A stretch of 38,019 nt of DNA from the IMG/VR virus record IMGVR_UViG_2061766007_000422, one strand, 5' to 3'. Of the stretch, positions 6,653 through 14,418 are shown in pieces. The position numbers were made by a program, and so were the translations under genes. The notes under the pieces were generated by a model. That model ran no database searches. It was not told the DNA's origin and saw only the letters and a program-made list of their open reading frames with translations. This DNA comes from an uncultured virus (IMG/VR IMGVR_UViG_2061766007_000422) (Duplodnaviria; Heunggongvirae; Uroviricota; Caudoviricetes). How positions within the stretch are numbered: position 1 is the first letter of the stretch; the number at the start of each line of letters is the position of its first letter.

Positions 6653-6787
6653 AGTGATTTTTCGCACTTCCGCGGATTTCCATGCCTGGTTATACCACCA
6701 ACCCTTCCGCTCTATGTCGGTTGTGTCCTGATACCGAAAAACATCCAGTAGACTTTATTTAATGTTGTTGCTACTGTCCTCAACAAG

Positions 6788-6859
6788 CGACTCTACCGTG
6801 AATTGAACACGGACCTCGTGATAGACAGTCACGCATCATAGCCATTAGACCATAGAGCC
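6788..6859 (-). tRNA. tRNA-Asp(GTC)
   Basis: GGCTCTA/TAGAGTC acceptor, CGTGA-CTGTCTA-TCACG, CCGTG-TTCAATT-CACGG. Confidence 0.93.
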
Positions 6860-6926
6860 AAATATTAGCTTTAAGGTCAGCTAACCGCGCATGCTCGTTT
6901 TACTTCCACATTTGCTTTCAGAAGAA

Positions 6927-6999
6927 CGCCCAGTGAGAATTACGATATCCCGACACCAACGTTAACAGCGTTGCGCTCTACCAACTGAGCTAACTGGGC
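6927..6999 (-). tRNA. tRNA-Asn(GTT) with atypical T arm
   Basis: GCCCAGT/ACTGGGC, canonical D arm, CAACG-CTGTTAA-CGTTG; T loop ATCGTAA. Confidence 0.88.
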
Positions 7000-7004
7000 A
7001 AAAA

Positions 7005-7068
7005 GTGGGCTGATTTAAAAGTTTATAGCATACACGCATCTTCTAAATCTTTTCGCTGCCGTGCCCAC
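7005..7068 (-). ncRNA. stem-GCAGCGA short RNA
   Basis: GTGGGC/GCCCAC stem, GCAGCGA, internal TGCTAT as in 127-202 and 230-286. Confidence 0.45.
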
Positions 7069-7165
7069 AACGGCCGATTTCGTTCGCGGATTATCTCGCG
7101 GGACGCCCCAAGCGTAGTCTTTTCATACTCGCTCGCGCTAGCAATTGTAATGGACGTTGCCAACA

Positions 7166-7238
7166 TAACTCCGACGGGGTATGATCCCGTGCTTGTGGCT
7201 TGAAAGGCCACCGTGTTAGCCTACTGCACTACGGAGTC
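7166..7238 (-). tRNA. tRNA-Glu(TTC) with atypical T loop
   Basis: GACTCCG/CGGAGTT, GTGGC-CTTTCAA-GCCAC, ACGGG-ATCATAC-CCCGT. Confidence 0.9.
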
Positions 7239-7242
7239 AAAA

Positions 7243-7740
7243 CGCGGTTTGATAACGCGGCCGCAACCGCGAATGCTTACCCGCTTGTCTTTTTATTCAT
7301 GTGAGCAACTAAACCGCAAGACCGGTGTCACCGGTGGATTAGCAATAATCGTGCTTTCCGCTCACTAAATTCTAACCGTGGAAACAACTCATTTCCACTT
7401 TACCGCTGATTAGAAGATACATTATTTTGCTCTTCTTTTATTACGCGCCGAGCAATCTGGATATAGTATCATAAATCCATTCAGTTTGCGCTTGTCGTAA
7501 CCCCGTGTTTTACTTGCTTTCTGCACTCGACACTGGCCAGCAACTTGGCTGGACTTCAAACTCCATTTAACCCATTCTTGCCTGTATCAAAAGATACCTT
7601 CTCGCCTGCAATTCAAACTGCCAAGAGGCTAGTTGGGCACCGCCACTATGATTTCTTATAGCCAATAAATAGCTTAATATACTATTGCGAACTTGCGGTA
7701 TATTAGCGCGACACCTTTTTATACTGGGTCTGTATCCAGT
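7243..7740 (-). ncRNA. large structured ncRNA candidate (ROOL/GOLLD-like context)
   Basis: ~500 nt between two tRNA genes, no credible ORF, many hairpins (GTGGAAAT/GTTTCCAC, ACCGG/CCGGT, CCAGC/GCTGG, CGCGGTT/AACCGCG). Confidence 0.6.
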
Positions 7741-7742
7741 AA

Positions 7743-7812
7743 ACGCGGGAGTGAGTAATGCTCTCACAAAGTCGTGCTTATGAGACACGATTGAAGACTT
7801 CTTCTTCCCGCC
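7743..7812 (-). tRNA. atypical tRNA-Met(CAT)-like gene
   Basis: GCGGGA/TCCCGC acceptor, TCGTGT-CTCATAA-GCACGA anticodon arm, GTGAG-AGCATTA-CTCAC T arm, shrunken D arm. Confidence 0.65.
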
Positions 7813-7920
7813 GTGCACCCGTCTTTGGACTATTTTTACTTGGTAGAGTTCGGTACTAGCCAATCGCCCGTAGCAGTTCATGACGCTGCCTAACAATGCG
7901 TGGCCTGCGTCCCACGCTCG

Positions 7921-7994
7921 TGCTCATTAGAGGAGTTGAACCTCTAAAATCTTGATTTTGAATCAAGCACGTTTGCCAATTACGTCAAATGAGC
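7921..7994 (-). tRNA. tRNA-Leu(CAA), short variable loop
   Basis: GCTCATT/AATGAGC, CTTGA-TTCAAAA-TCAAG, AGAGG-TTCAACT-CCTCT. Confidence 0.9.
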
Positions 7995-8009
7995 TCGTTT
8001 TCTAAAATA

Positions 8010-8038
8010 ATTATAACATAAATTTAGAGAAAAGTCAA
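8010..8038 (-). promoter_or_regulatory. sigma-A-type promoter heading the tRNA/ncRNA transcript
   Basis: TTGACT-N17-TATAAT with TG, 15 nt upstream of tRNA-Leu(CAA). Confidence 0.85.
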
Positions 8039-8042
8039 ATAA

Positions 8043-8162
8043 TTAGTTCCATTCTTTACAAGTTTCGTTTTCTTCTACAACTTTTCCCTCTTGTTCCATA
8101 CAATGAAGATTACCTTCATCATCTACAAACGAATTAGAGCAATTAAAGCAATCTTTTTTCAT
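8043..8162 (-). CDS. 39-aa four-Cys mini-protein (not in ORF track)
   Basis: MKKDCFNCSNSFVDDEGNLHCMEQEGKVVEENETCKEWN; GAGGG RBS and own promoter. Confidence 0.7.
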   Translation of the reverse strand: MKKDCFNCSNSFVDDEGNLHCMEQEGKVVEENETCKEWN

Positions 8163-8187
8163 TTTCTTTCCCTCACTTTCTATAATA

Positions 8188-8216
8188 ATTATATCATAAA
8201 TTTGAAAGAAAGTCAA
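8188..8216 (-). promoter_or_regulatory. sigma-A-type promoter
   Basis: TTGACT-N17-TATAAT with TG. Confidence 0.85.
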
Positions 8217-8218
8217 AT

Positions 8219-8276
8219 AAAAAATCCCGCAAACTTTTTATTTATTTAGCTATAAACAACCAATTTGCGGGATTTG
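8219..8276 (-). terminator. long-loop inverted repeat, probable terminator
   Basis: AAATCCCGCAAA/TTTGCGGGATTT followed by a T-run. Confidence 0.6.
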
Positions 8277-8282
8277 CCAAAA

Positions 8283-8346
8283 TGGTTCGCAACGCCACTT
8301 CAGCGCGCTCGTCTCGTGAGCTACACGACCAAGATAACTTGCGTGA
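8283..8346 (-). ncRNA. CCA-ended non-cloverleaf RNA
   Basis: CGCAA/TTGCG stem followed by AACCA; internal TCGTG-TAGCT-CACGA hairpin. Confidence 0.4.
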
Positions 8347-8546
8347 TGGCGGACGCCTATGTTCTTCGTGACCCCGAACATAGAAATGGGATAGACATCT
8401 CATGGATATGTCCGGACATACCTTACAAGTGTGAGATAGCACTTGGCATTCCTATCGTATTTAAAAAAAGAACCGCCTATAGTATTTCTTTTCCTAGCAA
8501 ACGGCAAATCTTTTTTGTGCGCCGGTAAGACTTGCAGAAACGGTGC

Positions 8547-8600
8547 GGAGGGACGCTGGATTTGCACCGGCCGACTCTATAAGTTGCTCCTTGCTCCCCC
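8547..8600 (-). ncRNA. miniature tRNA-like element (acceptor + T arm only)
   Basis: GGGGGA/TCCCTC stem, GCCGG-TGCAAAT-CCAGC T-arm-like hairpin, ~23-nt linker in place of D and anticodon arms. Confidence 0.5.
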
Positions 8601-8604
8601 ATAA

Positions 8605-8621
8605 AGGCGGCTAAGCCGCCT
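8605..8621 (-). terminator. GC-rich hairpin after 113-aa gene
   Basis: AGGCGGC-TTA-GCCGCCT followed by a short T tail. Confidence 0.5.
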
Positions 8622-8626
8622 CGGTT

Positions 8627-8968
8627 TTAGAACCAAAACTTATCAAACAAATCAAAAAGAGTTGGAATATCATCAAAATTTTTGGAGGTGTAATGATATG
8701 AGCCATAACGATTTACAAACGCTTCAATCTTTTCTTTATAAGCTTTCTGCGCTTTAATCATTTCCTGTCTAGCATTTTCAATTTCACTTGCCATCGCTTT
8801 GCGCTCTGCGACTTCTTTTTCTTTCTTTTCTTTCAGTTCCGCGGCTTTACGCTCTGCGAGAATCTTTTCACGATTTTCCTGTTCTTTAGCTTCAAATTCG
8901 GCTTTTTCGGCTTCATCTACTGAATTATAATACTTATTAGTGCGATCGCTATAAACTTTAATTGCCAT
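8627..8968 (-). CDS. coiled-coil hypothetical protein
   Basis: E/K/A-rich helical sequence, AAGGAG RBS. Confidence 0.8.
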   Translation of the reverse strand: MAIKVYSDRTNKYYNSVDEAEKAEFEAKEQENREKILAERKAAELKEKKEKEVAERKAMASEIENARQEMIKAQKAYKEKIEAFVNRYGSYHYTSKNFDDIPTLFDLFDKFWF

Positions 8969-8989
8969 ATAAAATAAATCTCCTTTTAT

Positions 8990-9640
8990 TTATTTATATT
9001 TCCATATATAACCACCAGCAGTCTTTAATTTTCCTTGGCAAGCTCGTGCTAGATTGCTGGTCGGGATAGATGTTTGACGAGAAGCTTCACTTATAGATAC
9101 ATATTCTTGTATTAACTCTTCTTGTAAATTATATTGTAATATTGGTCGAGCTTTATATTGAGCCCCTCTACGACGTCTTTCGTTGGGAGAAATATTTAAT
9201 TCATCTAAAATATTAGTTAAAGTTTGATGTGTACAATGCGTTATCTCTTTAATTTCTGTATGAGATTTACCTTCATTCCATAATGATAAGATTAAATCTC
9301 TATCATATCTTTTTTTAAAAACATTGGTTTCGCCGCCTGCTGTCATATTATACCCATTACAATTAGGTAATTGAATAAAAGTATGATAATAAGAAATCCA
9401 ATATTTTTCTCTTTCATTTAGTTTTTCTTCTGAACAATATTCTAATATATCAAAAGAAAAATTTTCTATTCCATATGTTCTAATTGCAGTATAAATTAAA
9501 CTATTATACATATCATTATTACGATTAAAAGGCTGGGTACGATGAGCCCGTAATCTTACTTTAAGATTTTTAGACTTACCAATATAGCTTTTTCCATTAC
9601 AATTATTTGTAATTTTATAAATACCAGAATTGTTTTCCAT
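8990..9640 (-). CDS. GIY-YIG homing endonuclease with NUMOD1-like C-terminus
   Basis: GIYKITN..SYIGKS, EREKYWI, GYNMTAGG, ACQGKLKTAGGYIWKY. Confidence 0.92.
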   Translation of the reverse strand: MENNSGIYKITNNCNGKSYIGKSKNLKVRLRAHRTQPFNRNNDMYNSLIYTAIRTYGIENFSFDILEYCSEEKLNEREKYWISYYHTFIQLPNCNGYNMTAGGETNVFKKRYDRDLILSLWNEGKSHTEIKEITHCTHQTLTNILDELNISPNERRRRGAQYKARPILQYNLQEELIQEYVSISEASRQTSIPTSNLARACQGKLKTAGGYIWKYK

Positions 9641-9742
9641 GATTTTTTTTAGCCTCTCATAAACATATACTCCTTTTATATTTGCGATTCCTTACTCGCA
9701 TTATATTTGTTGATTGGGTTCCTTTCCCCTTTCAACATAATA

Positions 9743-9771
9743 ATTATATCATAAATTTTATTAAAAGTCAA
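9743..9771 (-). promoter_or_regulatory. sigma-A-type promoter
   Basis: TTGACT-N17-TATAAT with TG. Confidence 0.85.
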
Positions 9772-9899
9772 GTATTTGTTTTAAGAATTTTTATAAATAA
9801 AAAATAAATTATTGTTTTATGATTTGGCACTCTTATATTAGAAATGCTCTTTTTCTAGGAGGTATGTTATGTTTTTATTTAAAAAAGTAGAACAAGAAG

Positions 9900-10559
9900 G
9901 TGATATTTATGGTGCCAATAATTTTAAAAGATTCACATATTTATATCCCTTATTCTCCTAAAACAAAAACAAAAGTTTATATTATGAAAGGTGCAAATGC
10001 TGATATATATAGTGTTATAAAGGAACAAGAACGAAATGTCTATCCTTTACAATATGGCAATGGCAATTATACCATTAAAATATATCAATTAGTAAGTGGT
10101 AATAAATACCATTTAATAACTCAAAAAAATATAAAAGCGGTTAATACTACTTTATGCTATCTTAAACCCACACAGTATGTGTGGTATAAAGATAATATAA
10201 CTAAACTTTCTGCGCAAATTAGCGCAAATAGGTCTATAACTGCATATTATAATTATTGTTATAATCAAATTACTTATGACTATATTAAAGCATTTACATT
10301 AGCAAAAAAGACCGATTATTTGCCTGATTTAGATGATATAATTAAAAAGAAAAGAGGAATATGTATTGATAAAGCCGCACTATTGTGCGCACTATGTCGC
10401 TCAAATAATATTCCTTGTAAACTTGCAATTGGTTATGTTGCTAAAAAGACTTATCATGCCTGGTGTTTAATTTGGCACAATAAAAAGTGGGAGATTTTTG
10501 ACCCAACTTATGGGAAAAAATACAAACCACAAGATTATCAATTAGAGCGCACTTGTTAA
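9900..10559 (+). CDS. transglutaminase-like (Cys-His-Asp) protein; start may be ATG 9909
   Basis: GICIDKAALL..LCR...IPC, YHAW, IFDPT motifs; the only credible plus-strand gene. Confidence 0.85.
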   Translation: MIFMVPIILKDSHIYIPYSPKTKTKVYIMKGANADIYSVIKEQERNVYPLQYGNGNYTIKIYQLVSGNKYHLITQKNIKAVNTTLCYLKPTQYVWYKDNITKLSAQISANRSITAYYNYCYNQITYDYIKAFTLAKKTDYLPDLDDIIKKKRGICIDKAALLCALCRSNNIPCKLAIGYVAKKTYHAWCLIWHNKKWEIFDPTYGKKYKPQDYQLERTC

Positions 10560-10969
10560 TCAAAACGCTCTTCTATATAGCTATCATTTCCTGTATAGCA
10601 AACAATTTTAATACCTAAATCGCGCAATAATTTTTCACAACTAGGACAACACTTTGCTATCGCGCGAGTGCCGTTTTTCCATTCACGATAGATATAAAAT
10701 ACTACATCTTTAAAATCAATATCAAGATAACGTATTTTACGATACAATTGTGTTTCAGCGTGGCTGCGCGCGGGCTTTAATAAAATATCACTTTTAACAT
10801 CCATACGATATTTGTTATAATAATATTGAGTAGGATTAGTTTTTGATGTATTATGCGCCCGTGCGATAATAAATTTATCCTTATATACGGCGCAAGCGCC
10901 TATATGCGCACCACTATAATCAGACAATTTACTTTCTTTTTTGGCTTCTTCAAAAAATCGTTTTTTCAT
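10556..10969 (-). CDS. CMP/dCMP-type zinc-dependent deaminase
   Basis: HIGA, HAE and CCPSC (PCxxC-like) motifs, GIK.V.Y. Confidence 0.85.
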   Translation of the reverse strand: MKKRFFEEAKKESKLSDYSGAHIGACAVYKDKFIIARAHNTSKTNPTQYYYNKYRMDVKSDILLKPARSHAETQLYRKIRYLDIDFKDVVFYIYREWKNGTRAIAKCCPSCEKLLRDLGIKIVCYTGNDSYIEERFD

Positions 10970-10990
10970 TTTTTTACTCCTTATAATATT

Positions 10991-11018
10991 ATTATAACAT
11001 AATTTTGAAAAAAGTCAA
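10991..11018 (-). promoter_or_regulatory. sigma-A-type promoter
   Basis: TTGACT-N16-TATAAT with TG. Confidence 0.75.
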
Positions 11019-11024
11019 AAAAAT

Positions 11025-11049
11025 AAAAAGAGGGGACTTAAGTCCCCTC
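11025..11049 (-). terminator. intrinsic terminator ending the structural operon
   Basis: GAGGGGAC-TTAA-GTCCCCTC followed by a T-run. Confidence 0.8.
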
Positions 11050-11169
11050 ATTATTTTTTTGCCTATAATATTCTTCAAGCAGCGCTTCAACTTGCATCCG
11101 CAGTCTTTGCGGTACATCATCAATTGTTTTTCTGCCGTGAATAATTAAATTAAAATATACCTGTGCCAT
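11038..11169 (-). CDS. 43-aa CD1375-like small tail-associated protein (not in ORF track)
   Basis: MAQVYFNLIIHGRKTIDDVPQRLRMQVEALL; Y..LI..G.KTI..VP..L...V pattern; GGAGG RBS. Confidence 0.7.
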   Translation of the reverse strand: MAQVYFNLIIHGRKTIDDVPQRLRMQVEALLEEYYRQKNNEGT

Positions 11170-11426
11170 TATTCAAGACCTCCTTCTAAAAGCTCATAAA
11201 TGTCGCATAAGGCGGCTTGAGTATCTAACAAATCGGCCTCTAATAGATGAATATATTCATCTTTTCCATATTCCATTAAATTATATTGATAACCTTGAAC
11301 CACGTGTCCATCAAACTCATGCTCATATGGTTCAATTTCTGAAGCAACAAATACTGATTGTTTAGTAATTTCAGTATCTTGAGGGCGTGTAGCACTATAC
11401 ACTATTCCATGATTTATCATAATCAT
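11169..11426 (-). CDS. small tail-fibre-associated protein
   Basis: Acidic protein ending L.DTQ.ALCDIYE, between fibre gene and CD1375-like gene; start uncertain. Confidence 0.65.
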   Translation of the reverse strand: MIMINHGIVYSATRPQDTEITKQSVFVASEIEPYEHEFDGHVVQGYQYNLMEYGKDEYIHLLEADLLDTQAALCDIYELLEGGLE

Positions 11427-13289
11427 CACCTCTCCATACTCGCTGTCCATTTTGCTATGTTAGCATTATAAATTGAATCTTTTACAGAAGGTATATACAT
11501 TAAACGAGCGCTAATTGTACGGGAGTGATAGGTAGGCTCATGGTCGCAAGCATAATAAAAACTACCATTATTTTCTCCAAAATGCCATGCACCACCTATA
11601 GAGCAAAGACTCATACCACTAAGAATACCAACAGTATAAAGATTATCTCCAACTGGTAAAGCACTATTACCATTATTACATTCTGCTGGCATAATTACCC
11701 AATCATAATCTTCATTACCATACCCCATTGCAGAAATCCAACCATATACGCTAGGAACACAGAAGCCTACGCTATGGTAATGGTTAGTATTTTCAGTAGG
11801 AGTATAAACGAAATTATCGCATATGTATGCTACACCGCCTTGCATATCACCATTGCCATAAATATTAGTACCGCCAATTATACGCCACGCATTTCCCCAA
11901 GGATTTTCCATGCCGCGATAACTTACCGCGCGTTTACCATTTTCGCTATAAGTAGTGTAGGTTCCATTAATTTCATTTACCGTGCTTTCTGCATGACCTG
12001 TAGTATTACCTAACGCAGAAGTAGAACCCGTAATTGAAGAGCAATTAACATTTGATATATTTGTAATGTTTGATATACCTAATTCAACACTTGCTTGCGC
12101 ATTCATAGAACCCCATTCTATCATAGAGAGCATTTGATTTGCGCTTTCAGCCGCCATATTTGTAATATGCCAGTTCGCGCCGCGATTTTGAGCAAGTAGT
12201 TCTGCTACCGCAGAAGTAAATGTCTTATTTACACCGCTTATGGGTTTCGCGCCCGCAATAGAAGAAAGTTTATCATAGTCTATATCTACATCAGAAGCAT
12301 CGGTTTTATTATAGGTAGAAGCAGATACGTCATAAGTGCAACTTTCATATGCAGGAAGAAGTACATAATCTAATTCTAAACCCGCAGGGGTTTTAAATAA
12401 CGGATGAAGTTTGAAACCCGGATACGATTTGTAAGAAATCGAATAAGTTTCTTTCTTTACTATTTTACCCACTGTCGCGTTAGAAGTAGAAGACACAATA
12501 CGCGAATAGTAAAATTTGGGCTGATAAATCATTACTTGTCCATTGCTACCATCTTCAACATAATTATTATCACCATAGAAGGCAATAATAGAGCCATCAT
12601 CAGCAACAGTACAACGCTTACGGCCGCCATACATAGGATAAGCATCAAAATCTGAACCAGCGCTGAGATCTTGCGCTTCTTGAGTACGTGTGTAGGACTT
12701 ATTTGGATAATCTACAGATAAGCCTAATACACCGTTAATTTTAGCATCTTCATTTTGCAATAACGCCTCAATAATTGTAGACTCGGTTATATCACCAGAT
12801 GTAATTTCACCATCATCGCCTACAATAACTACTTTGTCCGCATTTTCTGGTCCCAAATTACCACCGCCGCCTTGTGCCGCGAGTTCAGTAATTGCCTTTT
12901 GCGTCATTGTGCCATCTTCATTTTCACCTGAAACAGTATAATATTTAATTAAATTGCTTGTAGATTGTGCAGTTTTCCCGCTAGGATAATTTATTTTTAC
13001 ATCGTGTGTAATTACATTAGTATCAGTTACTTCTTTTACCCCTAATGTAATCTTATCTAATTCGTCACCTAATTCGGATTTAGTAGGAATTGGAATAACT
13101 GTATCTCCATCCGCTTTAATCCAAAGTAAGGTATCACCTGTATCGGTAGGCTCCGCTTGCTGAACTGCTACAACAGACGCAGTTTGCTCCGCGGTTGAAA
13201 CCGCGGTTTCCGCACGTTCAATTGCGATTGCGGCATCATCTGCGGCTTTTTTAGCATCCGCGGCGGCCTTTTTTGCGGCCGCTGCGGCA
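11426..13289 (-). CDS. tail fibre / receptor-binding-like protein (5' end in the N gap)
   Basis: Ala-rich coiled coil, GENEDGTMTQKAIT linker, C-terminal domain with YRGMENPWGN.W and GG.W..G..G.FY...ARL. Confidence 0.7.
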
Positions 13290-13353
13290 NNNNNNNNNNN
13301 NNNNNNNNNNNNNNNNNNNNNNNNNNNNNNNNNNNNNNNNNNNNNNNNNNNNT

Positions 13354-13491
13354 TTATTTCCAGAAGCAACAAAACGCTTTGCGTGCATTTAATACTTCGG
13401 CTCTTGTGCCCTTTGCTCTCGTGCTAGAAGCAGAGCCAGGGTCATTGATATAGAAGTAGTCACCATCCCACTTCCACATTACACAGTAATG
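13354..13491 (-). CDS. endolysin exon 2 (catalytic His and Asp of C39-like peptidase)
   Basis: HYCVMWKWDGDYFYINDPGS...FWK*, in frame with exon 1 after splicing. Confidence 0.88.
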   Translation of the reverse strand, partial: HYCVMWKWDGDYFYINDPGSASSTRAKGTRAEVLNARKAFCCFWK

Positions 13492-14418
13492 CTTAATCCC
13501 GCTACTTTCGTAGGGGCCAGACTATCTCTTCATTTATTCTATTTTCAAGGTCTTCATAATAAGCAATTTGAAGTAATTTGTATCCATTACGTTTACAATA
13601 ATCTTCTTTAATTAAATCGTGTGCGACGGTTTTTAAAAAATTATCTTCACCGCCGAAATAATCTACAGATTTAAAATGTTGACCGCCTTGTAATTCTACA
13701 AGTAGATTTAATTCAGGAATGTAAAAATCAAATGGTAATGGACGTATATCAGCACAATCTTCAAAAATCTTTTGTGCTTCAAATGATATTTTATGCTTTA
13801 ATAATATCGCGCGTGTCTTACTTTCCATTGAAGAAATCATACAACCACAACTTTTAACACTACCACTTTTTAAGTGACGTCCATCTACAACACATTGGTT
13901 TCCACACTCACACTGACAATTATATTTTACGCCTTTTCCAATTTCTGTGGTTCTAGATAAAACTAATAATTTGCCAAATTGTTGCCCAGATAAATCATTG
14001 AATTTTCTTCTGCTACATTGGCTACAAGATTGTATCTTATCTTGCAGAATATGATTGCTTTGTGTTTTAAATTCTTGCTTACAAATAGGACAAATGCAAA
14101 TCCATTTTTTATGCTTTCCTGCGCCCATTGAAGTCTTATCTACTTCTTTAATGTATAAGCCACCATTTAGCATTTGTCCAGTTAAATCTATATACGGTCT
14201 TCCCATTTTATTATCCCCTTAAAAATAAAATAAAGCACGGCGCTTCGTAAGTAGGAATTTCACCTACAAACTACGAGTTATCTCTAGTCGTTACACTTTC
14301 CTATTAAATAGGCTTAGCACGGTATTGGCTTGCCTCTCGGTTTAGCGTTCACCGTTAGCCGCAATTGCGACACCCTAGATTTCTAGGTTCACCGTGTTTA
14401 AAGGCGGCCATTACGTTA
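13492..14418 (-). mobile_element. group I intron (927 nt)
   Basis: P1 GGCGGT/GCCGCC with U.G at the 5' splice site, P3 CACGGTG/CGCCGTG, P7 GACTA/TAGTC, terminal G at 13492, P10 GTAATG/CATTAC. Confidence 0.92.
13502..14206 (-). CDS. intron-encoded endonuclease: Cys-rich DL.GQ repeats + PD-(D/E)xK/Vsr-like domain
   Basis: Two DL(T/S)GQ...C.C..C repeats; PFDFYIP...LVELQGGQHF...HD..K..YC...LLQI.Y. Confidence 0.8.
   Translation of the reverse strand: MGRPYIDLTGQMLNGGLYIKEVDKTSMGAGKHKKWICICPICKQEFKTQSNHILQDKIQSCSQCSRRKFNDLSGQQFGKLLVLSRTTEIGKGVKYNCQCECGNQCVVDGRHLKSGSVKSCGCMISSMESKTRAILLKHKISFEAQKIFEDCADIRPLPFDFYIPELNLLVELQGGQHFKSVDYFGGEDNFLKTVAHDLIKEDYCKRNGYKLLQIAYYEDLENRINEEIVWPLRK

Noticed and set aside
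4960..7917. HDV-like theta ribozymes behind tRNAs
   Set aside because: The trailers form pseudoknots, but I could not find the nested P3/L3 hairpin between P2 and P1 that the HDV fold needs; a covariance search should confirm
966..8528. ORF-track calls at 966-1175, 4834-5019, 7023-7211, 7567-7896, 8242-8442 and 8265-8528
   Set aside because: They overlap tRNAs or structured RNAs, lack convincing RBSs and have non-protein-like composition
13290..13372. N-terminus MLLLEI of the 648-aa ORF
   Set aside because: It reads through an N gap from endolysin exon 2 in another frame; the true start is missing
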